This document shows, one piece after another, positions 1 to 6,817 of a stretch of DNA of 12,559 nt (position 1 is the first letter of the stretch; the number at the start of each line of letters is the position of its first letter). The stretch spans positions 1-12,559 of IMG/VR virus record IMGVR_UViG_3300033145_000269; one strand, given 5' to 3'. Under the pieces are notes generated by a model that saw only the letters and a program-made list of their open reading frames with translations, had not been told where the DNA came from and did not search any database. The position numbers and the translations under genes were made by a program. The stretch is from a virus.

Positions 1-114
1 AAGGTTAATTGCATGTTCTGGTGCATCTGACTTATTAGCACTCAATTTAAGCCTTAAAGCATCATTTGTTAATTTAGATATATTGATTGATTTAAGTTGA
101 GCATCTTTTAACTG
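1..114. repeat. Terminal direct repeat, left copy (identical to 12446..12559)
   Basis: Bases 1-114 (aaggttaattgcatg...gcatcttttaactg) recur base-for-base at 12446-12559. The repeat is bounded exactly by the window edges, as expected for overlapping contig ends of a circular or circularly permuted genome. Confidence 0.97.
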
Positions 115-150
115 ATCTGCATCAATAGTTATGCTAGTTGTTGTTTTCAT
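1..150 (-). CDS. N-terminal 50 codons of a wrap-around ORF (ribbon-helix-helix-like domain); continues at 12445 and ends at 12254
   Basis: The reverse complement of 150..1 reads ATG AAA ACA... = MKTTTSITIDADQLKDAQLKSINISKLTNDALRLKLSANKSDAPEHAINL, in frame with KCDVCKSEC... at 12445 downward. The strand-helix-helix pattern (SITID / ADQLKDAQLKS / ISKLTNDALRLKL) is typical of RHH (CopG/Arc-like) domains. Confidence 0.7.
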   Translation of the reverse strand, partial: MKTTTSITIDADQLKDAQLKSINISKLTNDALRLKLSANKSDAPEHAINL

Positions 151-171
151 ATATAATCATATATACTCTTA

Positions 172-179
172 TATATAAA
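172..179 (-). promoter_or_regulatory. TATA-like box (TTTATATA on - strand) for the leftward operon; putative leaderless transcript
   Basis: Plus-strand tatataaa at 172-179 is TTTATATA on the minus strand. Its centre lies about 26 nt upstream of the ATG at 150, and there is no GGAGG-like element in between. Confidence 0.45.
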
Positions 180-192
180 TATATAGGTTCTC

Positions 193-215
193 TAATACCT
201 ACATTTCCAGTGGAA
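193..215 (+). repeat. Copy A of a ~22-bp motif (taatacctacatttccagtggaa) containing the palindrome TTCCA-G-TGGAA
   Basis: The core cctacatttccagtggaa (198-215) matches cctgcatttctagtggaa (745-762) at 16/18 positions. It matches the reverse complement of 778-795 (cctatatttcaagtggaa) at 16/18. Confidence 0.8.
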
Positions 216-223
216 AACATATT

Positions 224-273
224 GAAAGAAAGAAAGAACCAAAGAAAGAAAGGGAGTGCATATATATATATGG
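224..273. repeat. Purine tract of (GAAA)n-like repeats followed by alternating (AT)n
   Basis: The sequence gaaagaaagaaagaaccaaagaaagaaagggag is followed by tgcatatatatatatgg. This is strand-asymmetric low complexity followed by an easily melted AT run. Confidence 0.8.
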
Positions 274-545
274 GGTGTTAGTAGTAGTTATCAATCTGTG
301 GCAAATCATACTCTACCAGTCCAATAATCAAATCACCTATACAGGCAAGTACCATCATATTATCTTGGCTATTAATATATCTGTAGATCAATTAGTATAT
401 AATAACTCATGACTATCCAAGCGAAGTAACATAGATATAAATACATCTTCTTTCTTATTTATATATCACCTCTTTTAGCAGGGTGGAGTGGATAACAGAA
501 ACTTCAGAAAACAGAAACTAAGCTCTATCTTGTTTTTTATGTACC

Positions 546-661
546 ATATATTGATAAGCTCGCTCATGCCATATCTTTATATAGATTGAAGTATTTAGAA
601 AGTTGCTCTTTCTATTCATTGGTTCTACATTAAGCTCGCTATCGCTCGCTTATCAATATAT
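546..661. repeat. Perfect 14-bp inverted repeat (atatattgataagc / gcttatcaatatat) flanking an ~88-bp spacer
   Basis: The arm at 546-559 is the exact reverse complement of 648-661. The spacer contains TTTATATA (576-583), and taagctcgct occurs twice (556-565 and 631-640). Confidence 0.85.
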
Positions 662-740
662 CTAAGGGTTTTTAGGTCCATACAGCTAGCCTTTTCATTA
701 GCCTCCCTTTCTTGATCTATTCCGACCAATTCCCCCCCTC

Positions 741-800
741 TTAACCTGCATTTCTAGTGGAAGTAGCAACCAAACCATTCCACTTGAAATATAGGTTAAT
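741..800. repeat. 60-bp imperfect palindrome formed by motif copies B (741-762, +) and C (778-800, -)
   Basis: The reverse complement of ttaacctgcatttctagtggaa is ttccactagaaatgcaggttaa, versus the observed right arm ttccacttgaaatataggttaa (19/22 identical). The spacer is the 15 nt gtagcaaccaaacca. Confidence 0.8.
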
Positions 801-977
801 TCACCCCTCCTTGGCCTCCCTGTATTGTTTGCTTCTTTAATGTGTGAGCGTAGCGAACTGTTAGTTATCCTCCTCACCGAATAACTGTATACTATGCTAA
901 CCTAAGTATACACTAGAAGTTAGCGAGAGTTATTGTCCCTTAGTAGTAGTGCTGTTGTTCTTCCCGCCACCGCTAAT

Positions 978-985
978 TTTATAAA
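978..985 (+). promoter_or_regulatory. TATA-like box (TTTATAAA) for the rightward packaging/structural operon
   Basis: The centre of the box is about 26 nt upstream of the ATG at 1007. The sequence in between (atataatattctaataatata) has no SD-like element. Confidence 0.4.
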
Positions 986-1006
986 ATATAATATTCTAAT
1001 AATATA

Positions 1007-1096
1007 ATGTCTTACGAAATACTATACCTTGATCTCTTAGCCACATTAGGAATACTCATAAAGCTATATCAACTAAAGAAAGAGGGAAAGCTATGA
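1007..1096 (+). CDS. Hypothetical 29-aa hydrophobic peptide (MSYEILYLDLLATLGILIKLYQLKKEGKL)
   Basis: The ATG sits at the predicted leaderless start. Its TGA stop overlaps the terminase ATG (ATGA at 1093-1096). The ORF is very short, so the call is weak. Confidence 0.3.
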   Translation: MSYEILYLDLLATLGILIKLYQLKKEGKL

Positions 1097-2430
1097 TCCT
1101 TAACCTAGATGACTGGCAAATAGAGGCTTTAGAGCACAAAGGCGACCTTTTACTCTGTACTGGTCGAAGAATCGGCAAAACATACATTATGGCAAAGAAA
1201 GCAGTTGATAGAATGAGATATAAGACAAATACTCAAATTGTTGTTGTTTCTCTTACCGCAGATCAAGCCGAACTAATAATAGAGTTCGCAAGAGAGATAA
1301 TCCAAGCAGAATGTCCCAGAGAAATCTCAAAGAAACATACAGATACTAATAAAACCAAAATAACATTTAAGAACAAATCTAAATTAATGGCTCGACCTGT
1401 TGGGAACACCGGAGATGCAGTACGAGGTTTCACAGGTGATGTTCTTATAGTAGATGAGGCCTCAAGAATGCCCCCTTTGATGTGGATGGCAGCTAAACCT
1501 ATTCTATTAATGACAGGTGGAGAGATATGGATGTGCTCAACTCCTGCGGGAAAAGAGGGCTATTTCTGGAAACAATATGATAAAGCATACAATAAGAAAG
1601 ATCCAGAGGCTAGATTTAAGGTTATTTATAAAACATCTGAAGATGTAGTGTATAATAGGCCTTTATCCTCTACTTGGACGGAATCACAGCGTGCAGGGGC
1701 AATAAGGAACTTAGAAGAGGAAAAGAAAGACATGTCAGAGCTAGAATACGGCCAGGAGTACTTAGGACTCTTTATGGAAGACTTAAAGAGGTTATTTGAT
1801 GAGAAATGGATAACAAACTGCGCAGTCCTGGAGAAAAGCCAATCTCAAGCCTCACAATTAGGTACCTACTTCATGGGTTGTGATATTGCGCGTCTTGGAA
1901 AGGATGCAGGAACTTTTGAGATATTTAAGAAAACAGAGAATTTAATATTACATTTAGATAACTTTGTCACAAGAAAGAAACTAACAACTGAAACTCATGA
2001 TAATATTATTAGGTTAAACAAACTTTGGAATTTTAAGAAGATTGGTATAGATGCCGGATCGGGGGCCTTAGGTGTTGGAGTCCTAGATTGGCTACTCCGA
2101 TCCGAAGTAAAGCGGAAAGTAATAGCCCTAAACAACCAACAAGTGGCCCTAGACCGTGAAGGAAAGAAGAAAAGAGCATTATTGAAAGAAGATGGTTATA
2201 TGTTGGTCCTAAGTCTTGGAGAAAGGGGAATACTCAAGCTTCTCAAATCAGACGACGTTATTAACTCTCTTAGATCAGTTCAATACGAAATAGTTAGAGA
2301 AAAGGGAGCACAAGCAAGGTTTAGAGTCTTCTCAAGCCCACATTCAGAGTCGCATATCATGGAGGGAGTATGGAGAGGGGTATATTTAGCAAATAGCAAA
2401 AATATAAATACCAACATTAGCTACTTTTAG
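1093..2430 (+). CDS. terL: Terminase large subunit (ATPase plus RNase H-like nuclease)
   Basis: Motifs present: Walker A CTGRRIGKT (aa 22-30), Walker B VLIVDEA (aa 117-123), coupling motif CSTP (aa 148-151) and LEYGQEYLGLF. The C-terminal nuclease acidic motifs are MGCDIARLGKD and IGIDAGSG. Length and N-terminal DWQ...GKT layout are typical of TerL. Confidence 0.9.
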   Translation: MILNLDDWQIEALEHKGDLLLCTGRRIGKTYIMAKKAVDRMRYKTNTQIVVVSLTADQAELIIEFAREIIQAECPREISKKHTDTNKTKITFKNKSKLMARPVGNTGDAVRGFTGDVLIVDEASRMPPLMWMAAKPILLMTGGEIWMCSTPAGKEGYFWKQYDKAYNKKDPEARFKVIYKTSEDVVYNRPLSSTWTESQRAGAIRNLEEEKKDMSELEYGQEYLGLFMEDLKRLFDEKWITNCAVLEKSQSQASQLGTYFMGCDIARLGKDAGTFEIFKKTENLILHLDNFVTRKKLTTETHDNIIRLNKLWNFKKIGIDAGSGALGVGVLDWLLRSEVKRKVIALNNQQVALDREGKKKRALLKEDGYMLVLSLGERGILKLLKSDDVINSLRSVQYEIVREKGAQARFRVFSSPHSESHIMEGVWRGVYLANSKNINTNISYF

Positions 2431-2432
2431 AT

Positions 2433-2573
2433 ATGGTAGTAGAACCCCTATTAGAATTAATAAAGAAACTGAAACTAAGATTTCCAAATAAATCAGACGA
2501 AGTTATCTTAGAATTAATAAAGATAAAGACACTTATGGATATAAGTGGTAAGCTTGGGATGTTGAAAAGATGA
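2433..2573 (+). CDS. Hypothetical 46-aa protein (not in ORF track)
   Basis: MVVEPLLELIKKLKLRFPNKSDEVILELIKIKTLMDISGKLGMLKR. It starts 3 nt after the terL stop, and its TGA overlaps the next ATG (ATGA at 2570-2573). It contains a 15-nt internal direct repeat, ttagaattaataaag, which encodes LELIK twice. Confidence 0.4.
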   Translation: MVVEPLLELIKKLKLRFPNKSDEVILELIKIKTLMDISGKLGMLKR

Positions 2574-2959
2574 CATGGACACTTTGCACCTCTGGCGCTG
2601 CAATAGATAAAGCAGGAACTCACGCTAATTCTACTATCATTGATTATGGTACTGCAGCATCTAAAGTTACCCTAGATAAGTGGTCTGATGAGTTTGAGGG
2701 GGCGATAGAATTACAATCTGGCAAAGCCTTTATTACAGATATAGGTAATGCACCTGGAGGAATAGCTAATGGTATATCAAACGTAGTATCTTCTTGGATA
2801 GCTATGCAGATTGCGAGTTATGATCCCACAGGTTATTCTTCAAGAGAGTTTAACTCCTTAATGAACTTCCACAACGATATAGTCCAGAAAGGAATAGCAG
2901 AATTAAAAAGATGGTCCTCAACAACGTTGAATAACCCATTTACAACAGGAAGCCCTTAA
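2570..2959 (+). CDS. Hypothetical protein, 129 aa (possible virion or connector component by position only)
   Basis: Long ORF in the operon frame chain, abutting the next gene (stop 2959, ATG 2960). No family recognised. Confidence 0.6.
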   Translation: MTWTLCTSGAAIDKAGTHANSTIIDYGTAASKVTLDKWSDEFEGAIELQSGKAFITDIGNAPGGIANGISNVVSSWIAMQIASYDPTGYSSREFNSLMNFHNDIVQKGIAELKRWSSTTLNNPFTTGSP

Positions 2960-3529
2960 ATGACATTACCACCCCAAGCATACACCTCTCAAGATGCGGC
3001 AGTTGCTAGTTATCCCGCTGCGGATTTAATAAATGGATTAAGTGATGTTATTTATAATTTGGTGAAAGTTCAGAACCCCGGATCATCAACTAATCTTAAA
3101 ATAGTCAGTTCAGATATGTCTGGTCAATTCGTAGCAGCCAATGGTTATAACTCTACAGCTAATGATGCTTTTGATTTAGGGCCTTTTCAAACTACAAGAA
3201 TAATAGATGGCTTTGTTTCTCTTTGGGGTCAACAGAATGGTACATCTGGAACTCCAACAATGACAGCTCAACTCTTTCATGTAGAATCAGATGGAACAAC
3301 AGAAACACAGCTAGGGGCTGATGGCTCTAGTGGTTCTACTACTTCAGATATAGCTTATAATATAACTTTCACAGTACCTAGAACTCAATTTAAAGTTGGA
3401 GAGTTCCTAAGAGTAAAGATTGATATGTCTGACGGAACTTTATATATTTCTATAGACCCAACAGAAATAAGCCCTGCATCAATAGCACATACAAGATTAA
3501 CCGTTCAATACGAGGTGGACTTAGTATAA
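2960..3529 (+). CDS. Hypothetical protein, 189 aa, Ser/Thr/Gly-rich and probably beta-rich (possible structural protein)
   Basis: ORF directly abuts its neighbours, and its stop overlaps the portal ATG (TAATG at 3527-3531). No family recognised. Confidence 0.6.
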   Translation: MTLPPQAYTSQDAAVASYPAADLINGLSDVIYNLVKVQNPGSSTNLKIVSSDMSGQFVAANGYNSTANDAFDLGPFQTTRIIDGFVSLWGQQNGTSGTPTMTAQLFHVESDGTTETQLGADGSSGSTTSDIAYNITFTVPRTQFKVGEFLRVKIDMSDGTLYISIDPTEISPASIAHTRLTVQYEVDLV

Positions 3530-4611
3530 TGGATCGTGATATGAGAAGTGCACAAGTCGGAACATCTACATCTACAGACTTTGAAGTGGATACAGCTAAC
3601 CAAGATGGCTTAACAGATCAGCCAGTAACAACCTTTGAGTATACAGACTTCCCACAATGGCAGAACTACTATGAAACTACTGCCGAAGCAAAAAAGCCTA
3701 TTCAGACTTATGCTACATGGGTTGTTGGCCAGGGTTATACAACTCAAACAGCAAAAGATGAAGCAACATTAAACAATATAAGGGGATGGGGTGAGGATGA
3801 TATAACTTCAATATTATGGAATATGCTTGTAGTTAAGAAGTTCAACGGAGACTCTTTTGCTAAGATTGTTAGAAACGATAAAGGTACTTTAATTAACATT
3901 CTTCCTCTAACTCCCTCAAGAATGAAAACAGATGTAAGGAGTAGCGGAACAATCAAACAATATAGGTATCTCTCTCCAGATCGTAATTCTGTAGAACAGA
4001 CATTCAAGCCAGAAGAAATATTCCATTTATGTAACGATCGTATTCTTGATAACGGAAAGGGAGACTCTGTTATAGAAACTCTTAAATGGTATATTGATGC
4101 TAAATGGGAAGCCATGAAAGACGTTCGTAGAGTATCACATAATTCTAGTATTAGAATCATATATGTCGACGAGGATAACATAGGTAAGATAACAGACTTA
4201 GAAACCAAATGGGCTAAAGGTATAGCTACAGGTAATGTTATGCTTATGCCTGGAAAGAAAGGAGTAGATTATGAGGTTGAAGATATAACCGTTCCTGCTC
4301 TTGATGCCTGGATGTTGTGGATAAAGTATTTAGAGAACTCTATATATAAGGCGGTAGGAGTACCTAAGACTCTTGCAGGTGACGCCGAGGGTATACCAGA
4401 GTCTGGTGGTAAGATGGTAGTATTCACACATCAACCAACATATATTAGAGAAGTTACAGTTCTTGAAAATGATTTCAAAAGACAGATAGGTATAGAGATT
4501 AAGTTTAATAGGCAAGAAGACTTATCTAATGATGTTCAAGAAACAGACTCAAAGAATACTAATCAAACACAGGCTACACAGCCAGGAGATACAAATGCGG
4601 GTACGGTTTAA
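3529..4611 (+). CDS. Portal protein (HK97-family-like, compact 360 aa)
   Basis: The central region FNGDSFAKIVRNDKGTLINILPLTPSRM...YRYLSP...EEIFHLCNDRILDNGKGDSVIETL follows the pattern I associate with Phage_portal (PF04860-type) proteins. The C-terminal tail is acidic and polar. The gene lies in the packaging module upstream of the head genes. Confidence 0.7.
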   Translation: MDRDMRSAQVGTSTSTDFEVDTANQDGLTDQPVTTFEYTDFPQWQNYYETTAEAKKPIQTYATWVVGQGYTTQTAKDEATLNNIRGWGEDDITSILWNMLVVKKFNGDSFAKIVRNDKGTLINILPLTPSRMKTDVRSSGTIKQYRYLSPDRNSVEQTFKPEEIFHLCNDRILDNGKGDSVIETLKWYIDAKWEAMKDVRRVSHNSSIRIIYVDEDNIGKITDLETKWAKGIATGNVMLMPGKKGVDYEVEDITVPALDAWMLWIKYLENSIYKAVGVPKTLAGDAEGIPESGGKMVVFTHQPTYIREVTVLENDFKRQIGIEIKFNRQEDLSNDVQETDSKNTNQTQATQPGDTNAGTV

Positions 4612-4626
4612 ATTAAACTTTAAGAT

Positions 4627-4809
4627 ATGGGGTTATACCATATACTTAACAATAAGAAAATGAAAAGATTAACATTAGGAGAAAGACTAGCAAAGGTTGA
4701 AGTTAGAATCAAATATGTAGAGAGAGGTATGTATGTTCTTATAGTATTACAATTAGGGGTTGATGCTATTCCTAAAGTCTTGCCTTATGTAATGGGGGTA
4801 TTGTTCTAA
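4627..4809 (+). CDS. Small protein with a C-terminal hydrophobic helix (60 aa, or 49 aa from the ATG at 4660)
   Basis: KRLTLGERLAKVEVRIKYVERG is followed by the hydrophobic MYVLIVLQLGVDAIPKVLPYVMGVLF. The stop overlaps the next ATG (TAATG at 4807-4811). Start choice is uncertain. Confidence 0.5.
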   Translation: MGLYHILNNKKMKRLTLGERLAKVEVRIKYVERGMYVLIVLQLGVDAIPKVLPYVMGVLF

Positions 4810-5804
4810 TGGTTATCCTAAATACTATAAAGAAGAAGAAAAAGAAAGAAGTAGAGCAAAGAGATAAAAGGAAAACTGTAGAGGGTGAAGTTACAACCAC
4901 CCCCGACTTCAAAGCTCCAGATGTTACAACAGTTCCAAAGAAGTTTAATATTAATGGTAAGCAAGTTACAGAAGAAGAATTCAAAGCAGCTCAATCAGAC
5001 TTTCAAGCTCAAAAAGGAGAGGCACAGATTATAGCCGCAGGTGGCGTGGGCCCACAAGAGAGGGAGGCTAAAGCAGAAGAATTAGCTAGGAAAGAGGAAG
5101 GTGCTCAAATATTACAAGAGGGGGGGTTTGATCCTTTAGCTCAAGCAGAGAGAACCCAGTTAGATATAGACCCTAAAACTGGACAAGGTATACCAGTTAT
5201 AGGTCCTGGTCAAGCTGCACTTCAAGGAGTTATAGGTGACTTTGTTAGAGGATCTATATTTGAGGGTGATGCTGCTAAGATGGAGCCTTTAATACAGGAC
5301 CCAGAAACTGCTAGAGAAGTTGCATTACAAGCTATTCAACAAGATGTTATAAATGAGGGTATCTCTGCAGGCGAGGCTTTCGGTGCTCTTGTTGAGAGTA
5401 TACCTCTTGTTGGTTCTTTAGCTAATAAGTATGCTCAAGGATTAATAGAAAATCCAAAAGGAAATATACAAACTATTACAACTCAAATAGCCTCTGAAAG
5501 AGAGAGGGCATCGGTATTAGCTGAAAAGATGCTAACAGGTAAGATGAACCCTATAACTGGTTTAGCGGAGATAGATAATATTGAGGAGAATATAGTAGGA
5601 TTAGAACAGAGAATAGTGGTTCTTGCTAATACTAGTGCCGCATTAAGAGCCGACGCTGATGCTATCAATTTAATAGAAGAACAAATACTAAGAGCTAAAG
5701 AGAGAGTTATAATCGCAAGAAATGCAGCAGCAGGAGGCTTTGCTGTTACCCCGTCAGATGCTAGCCTTGTTTTAGAATTGGAGAAAATAAATGAAAAATC
5801 TTAA
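4809..5804 (+). CDS. Charged, Ala/Glu/Gly-rich, predicted helical protein, 331 aa (scaffold-like or internal virion protein; function unknown)
   Basis: N-terminal lysine run (KKKKKKE), then long helical and coiled-coil-looking segments (EREAKAEELARKEEGAQ, ENIVGLEQRIVVLANTSAALRADADAINLIEEQILRAKERV). It lies between the portal and capsid genes. Confidence 0.6.
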   Translation: MVILNTIKKKKKKEVEQRDKRKTVEGEVTTTPDFKAPDVTTVPKKFNINGKQVTEEEFKAAQSDFQAQKGEAQIIAAGGVGPQEREAKAEELARKEEGAQILQEGGFDPLAQAERTQLDIDPKTGQGIPVIGPGQAALQGVIGDFVRGSIFEGDAAKMEPLIQDPETAREVALQAIQQDVINEGISAGEAFGALVESIPLVGSLANKYAQGLIENPKGNIQTITTQIASERERASVLAEKMLTGKMNPITGLAEIDNIEENIVGLEQRIVVLANTSAALRADADAINLIEEQILRAKERVIIARNAAAGGFAVTPSDASLVLELEKINEKS

Positions 5805-5887
5805 AGACCTTTATGTCTATGTATTCTGGCTATTTGTATTCTGGCCTGCTACGTTCTTCTTACATAGGTGAAAGGAGGTAAATTATA

Positions 5888-6175
5888 ATGGATGAAAAAC
5901 AAACAAAAAAGGAAACTGAACCGAAAGCTCCAGTTGCAAATACTGACAACGGGGATGAGCCCAAAGAGCTTACTGAGAGTCAGAAACTCAAAGCAGAGAA
6001 CGATAGAATGGAAAAGCTCTTAGTTGAACAGAAAGACTTTAGTGCTCAAGAGCAGTTAGCAGGTAGAGGTACAGCAGGTCAAGCACCAATTCCTAAAGCC
6101 CCAGAAACTGATGAGGAGTATGCCGAGCGTTTTCAAAAAGGCCAAGTTGATTTAATGAAGACAGATGATCAGTAA
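5888..6175 (+). CDS. Small acidic helical protein, 95 aa; candidate scaffolding protein
   Basis: Strong SD (aaaggaggtaaattataATG). The composition (ELTESQKLKAENDRMEKLLVEQKD) and position upstream of the capsid gene resemble phage scaffold proteins. The capsid protein has no N-terminal delta-like extension. Confidence 0.55.
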   Translation: MDEKQTKKETEPKAPVANTDNGDEPKELTESQKLKAENDRMEKLLVEQKDFSAQEQLAGRGTAGQAPIPKAPETDEEYAERFQKGQVDLMKTDDQ

Positions 6176-6344
6176 AGCAATTCTAAAAGAAGAAATTAAG
6201 AAGACTAAGGAAGCTATCAAGGCTATTGAAGCTATGTCTGTTAAATCTAATAAACAGAATCTACAGATACAAGAGGATTGTGGAGTCGGTTTACAGGTTA
6301 ACAGATTAGTTTTAGGTTATTTGGAAACCGAATTAAAGAAGTAA
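6165..6344 (+). CDS. Hypothetical 59-aa helical protein (not in ORF track)
   Basis: MISKAILKEEIKKTKEAIKAIEAMSVKSNKQNLQIQEDCGVGLQVNRLVLGYLETELKK. It overlaps the upstream gene by 11 nt, and its stop overlaps the next ATG (TAATG at 6342-6346). It fills a gap that would otherwise be non-coding. Confidence 0.5.
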   Translation: MISKAILKEEIKKTKEAIKAIEAMSVKSNKQNLQIQEDCGVGLQVNRLVLGYLETELKK

Positions 6345-6760
6345 TGACAGCTATATGGTTCATAACTAGAGGAATTAAAGACAGAGTGGATGCTCTAGTT
6401 AATGACTTACAAGCTCAAGTCTTCACCTTTAATGTAAAGAATAAGAAGACTAAGAAAGTAGAAACTCATTACGTTCAAGGTGCTTTAAGACCTGTTCAAT
6501 TGTGGGAGTATGTAGTTCCAGATGAGCACGTTCCGACTATGGTTAAAACCTTAGATTTGACAATAAATGGCTATCCAAAGTATAAAAAGTATTTAACGAT
6601 ACTTAGGAAGATGTTGAAATTAGATAAGATTAAAGAACCATCTAAAGATACGCCAAGAAGAATTTTAAGGAAAGATCACGTCGCTATGCATGTTATTGGA
6701 GTTAAGAAAGATGCTATCGGAACAACCTTAGACCCCAATATTGAGCACGAATTACTTTAG
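6344..6760 (+). CDS. Hypothetical basic protein, 138 aa
   Basis: ORF in the coupled chain. No family recognised. Confidence 0.6.
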   Translation: MTAIWFITRGIKDRVDALVNDLQAQVFTFNVKNKKTKKVETHYVQGALRPVQLWEYVVPDEHVPTMVKTLDLTINGYPKYKKYLTILRKMLKLDKIKEPSKDTPRRILRKDHVAMHVIGVKKDAIGTTLDPNIEHELL

Positions 6761-6787
6761 TTAATCGGTATACCGAATAACGAAAGA

Positions 6788-6795
6788 TTTATATA
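6788..6795 (+). promoter_or_regulatory. TATA-like box (TTTATATA) with a purine-rich upstream flank (cgaaaga), driving the decoration/capsid genes
   Basis: It lies in the 57-bp intergenic gap. The box centre is about 26 nt upstream of the ATG at 6818. The T-rich sequence in between has no SD. Confidence 0.5.
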
Positions 6796-6817
6796 TATTG
6801 TTTTTTATTATTTATTT

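Noticed and set aside
1-114. Interpretation of the 114-bp repeat as a genuine terminal repeat of a linear genome, or as a mobile-element terminal repeat
   Set aside because: The repeat is direct rather than inverted, coincides exactly with the contig ends and splits a gene from its start codon and promoter. End-overlap of a circular or permuted genome is more parsimonious. This is not fully excluded without reads.
246-713. 11-bp inverted match aagaaagggag (246-256) / ctccctttctt (703-713)
   Set aside because: Both arms are low-complexity purine or pyrimidine tracts about 450 bp apart. A match of this length is plausible by chance in such sequence.
2417-2623. 68-aa minus-strand ORF spanning the terL end, the 46-aa ORF and the start of the 129-aa ORF
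   Set aside because: It is antisense to three tightly coupled plus-strand genes and has a Ser/Ile/Phe-rich low-complexity translation. The whole flank is transcribed rightward.
3744-4208. 154-aa ORF on the minus strand inside the portal gene
   Set aside because: It is fully antisense to an ORF with recognisable portal-like motifs. Its translation is Leu/Ser/Ile-rich and of low complexity, as expected for the antisense strand of AT-rich coding sequence. It has no SD or promoter context.
4330-4515. 61-aa minus-strand ORF inside the portal gene
   Set aside because: Antisense shadow ORF with no supporting signals.
4607-4617. TTTAAATTAAA box after the portal gene as a fifth promoter
   Set aside because: The predicted start (about 4636) coincides with neither candidate ATG (4627 or 4660), so the -26 leaderless pattern seen at the other four sites is not met.
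4829-4853. A/G-rich run (aaagaagaagaaaaagaaagaag) as a programmed frameshift or slippage site
   Set aside because: It simply encodes a lysine-rich N-terminus (KKKKKKE). No alternative-frame ORF of meaningful length continues from it.
4772-4984. 70-aa minus-strand ORF containing an FFFFFF run
   Set aside because: It is antisense to the lysine-run region of the 331-aa gene. The phenylalanine run is simply the complement of the AAG/AAA lysine codons.
5483-5668. 61-aa minus-strand ORF inside the 331-aa gene
   Set aside because: Antisense shadow ORF.
5813-5881. 22-aa mini-ORF and tandem tgtattctggc repeat (5820-5830 and 5835-5845) in the gap before the scaffold-like gene
   Set aside because: The ORF is too short, has no SD and is not coupled to its neighbours. 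The 11-bp direct repeat is real but is an isolated pair. I cannot assign it a function, and it could be a minor regulatory site.
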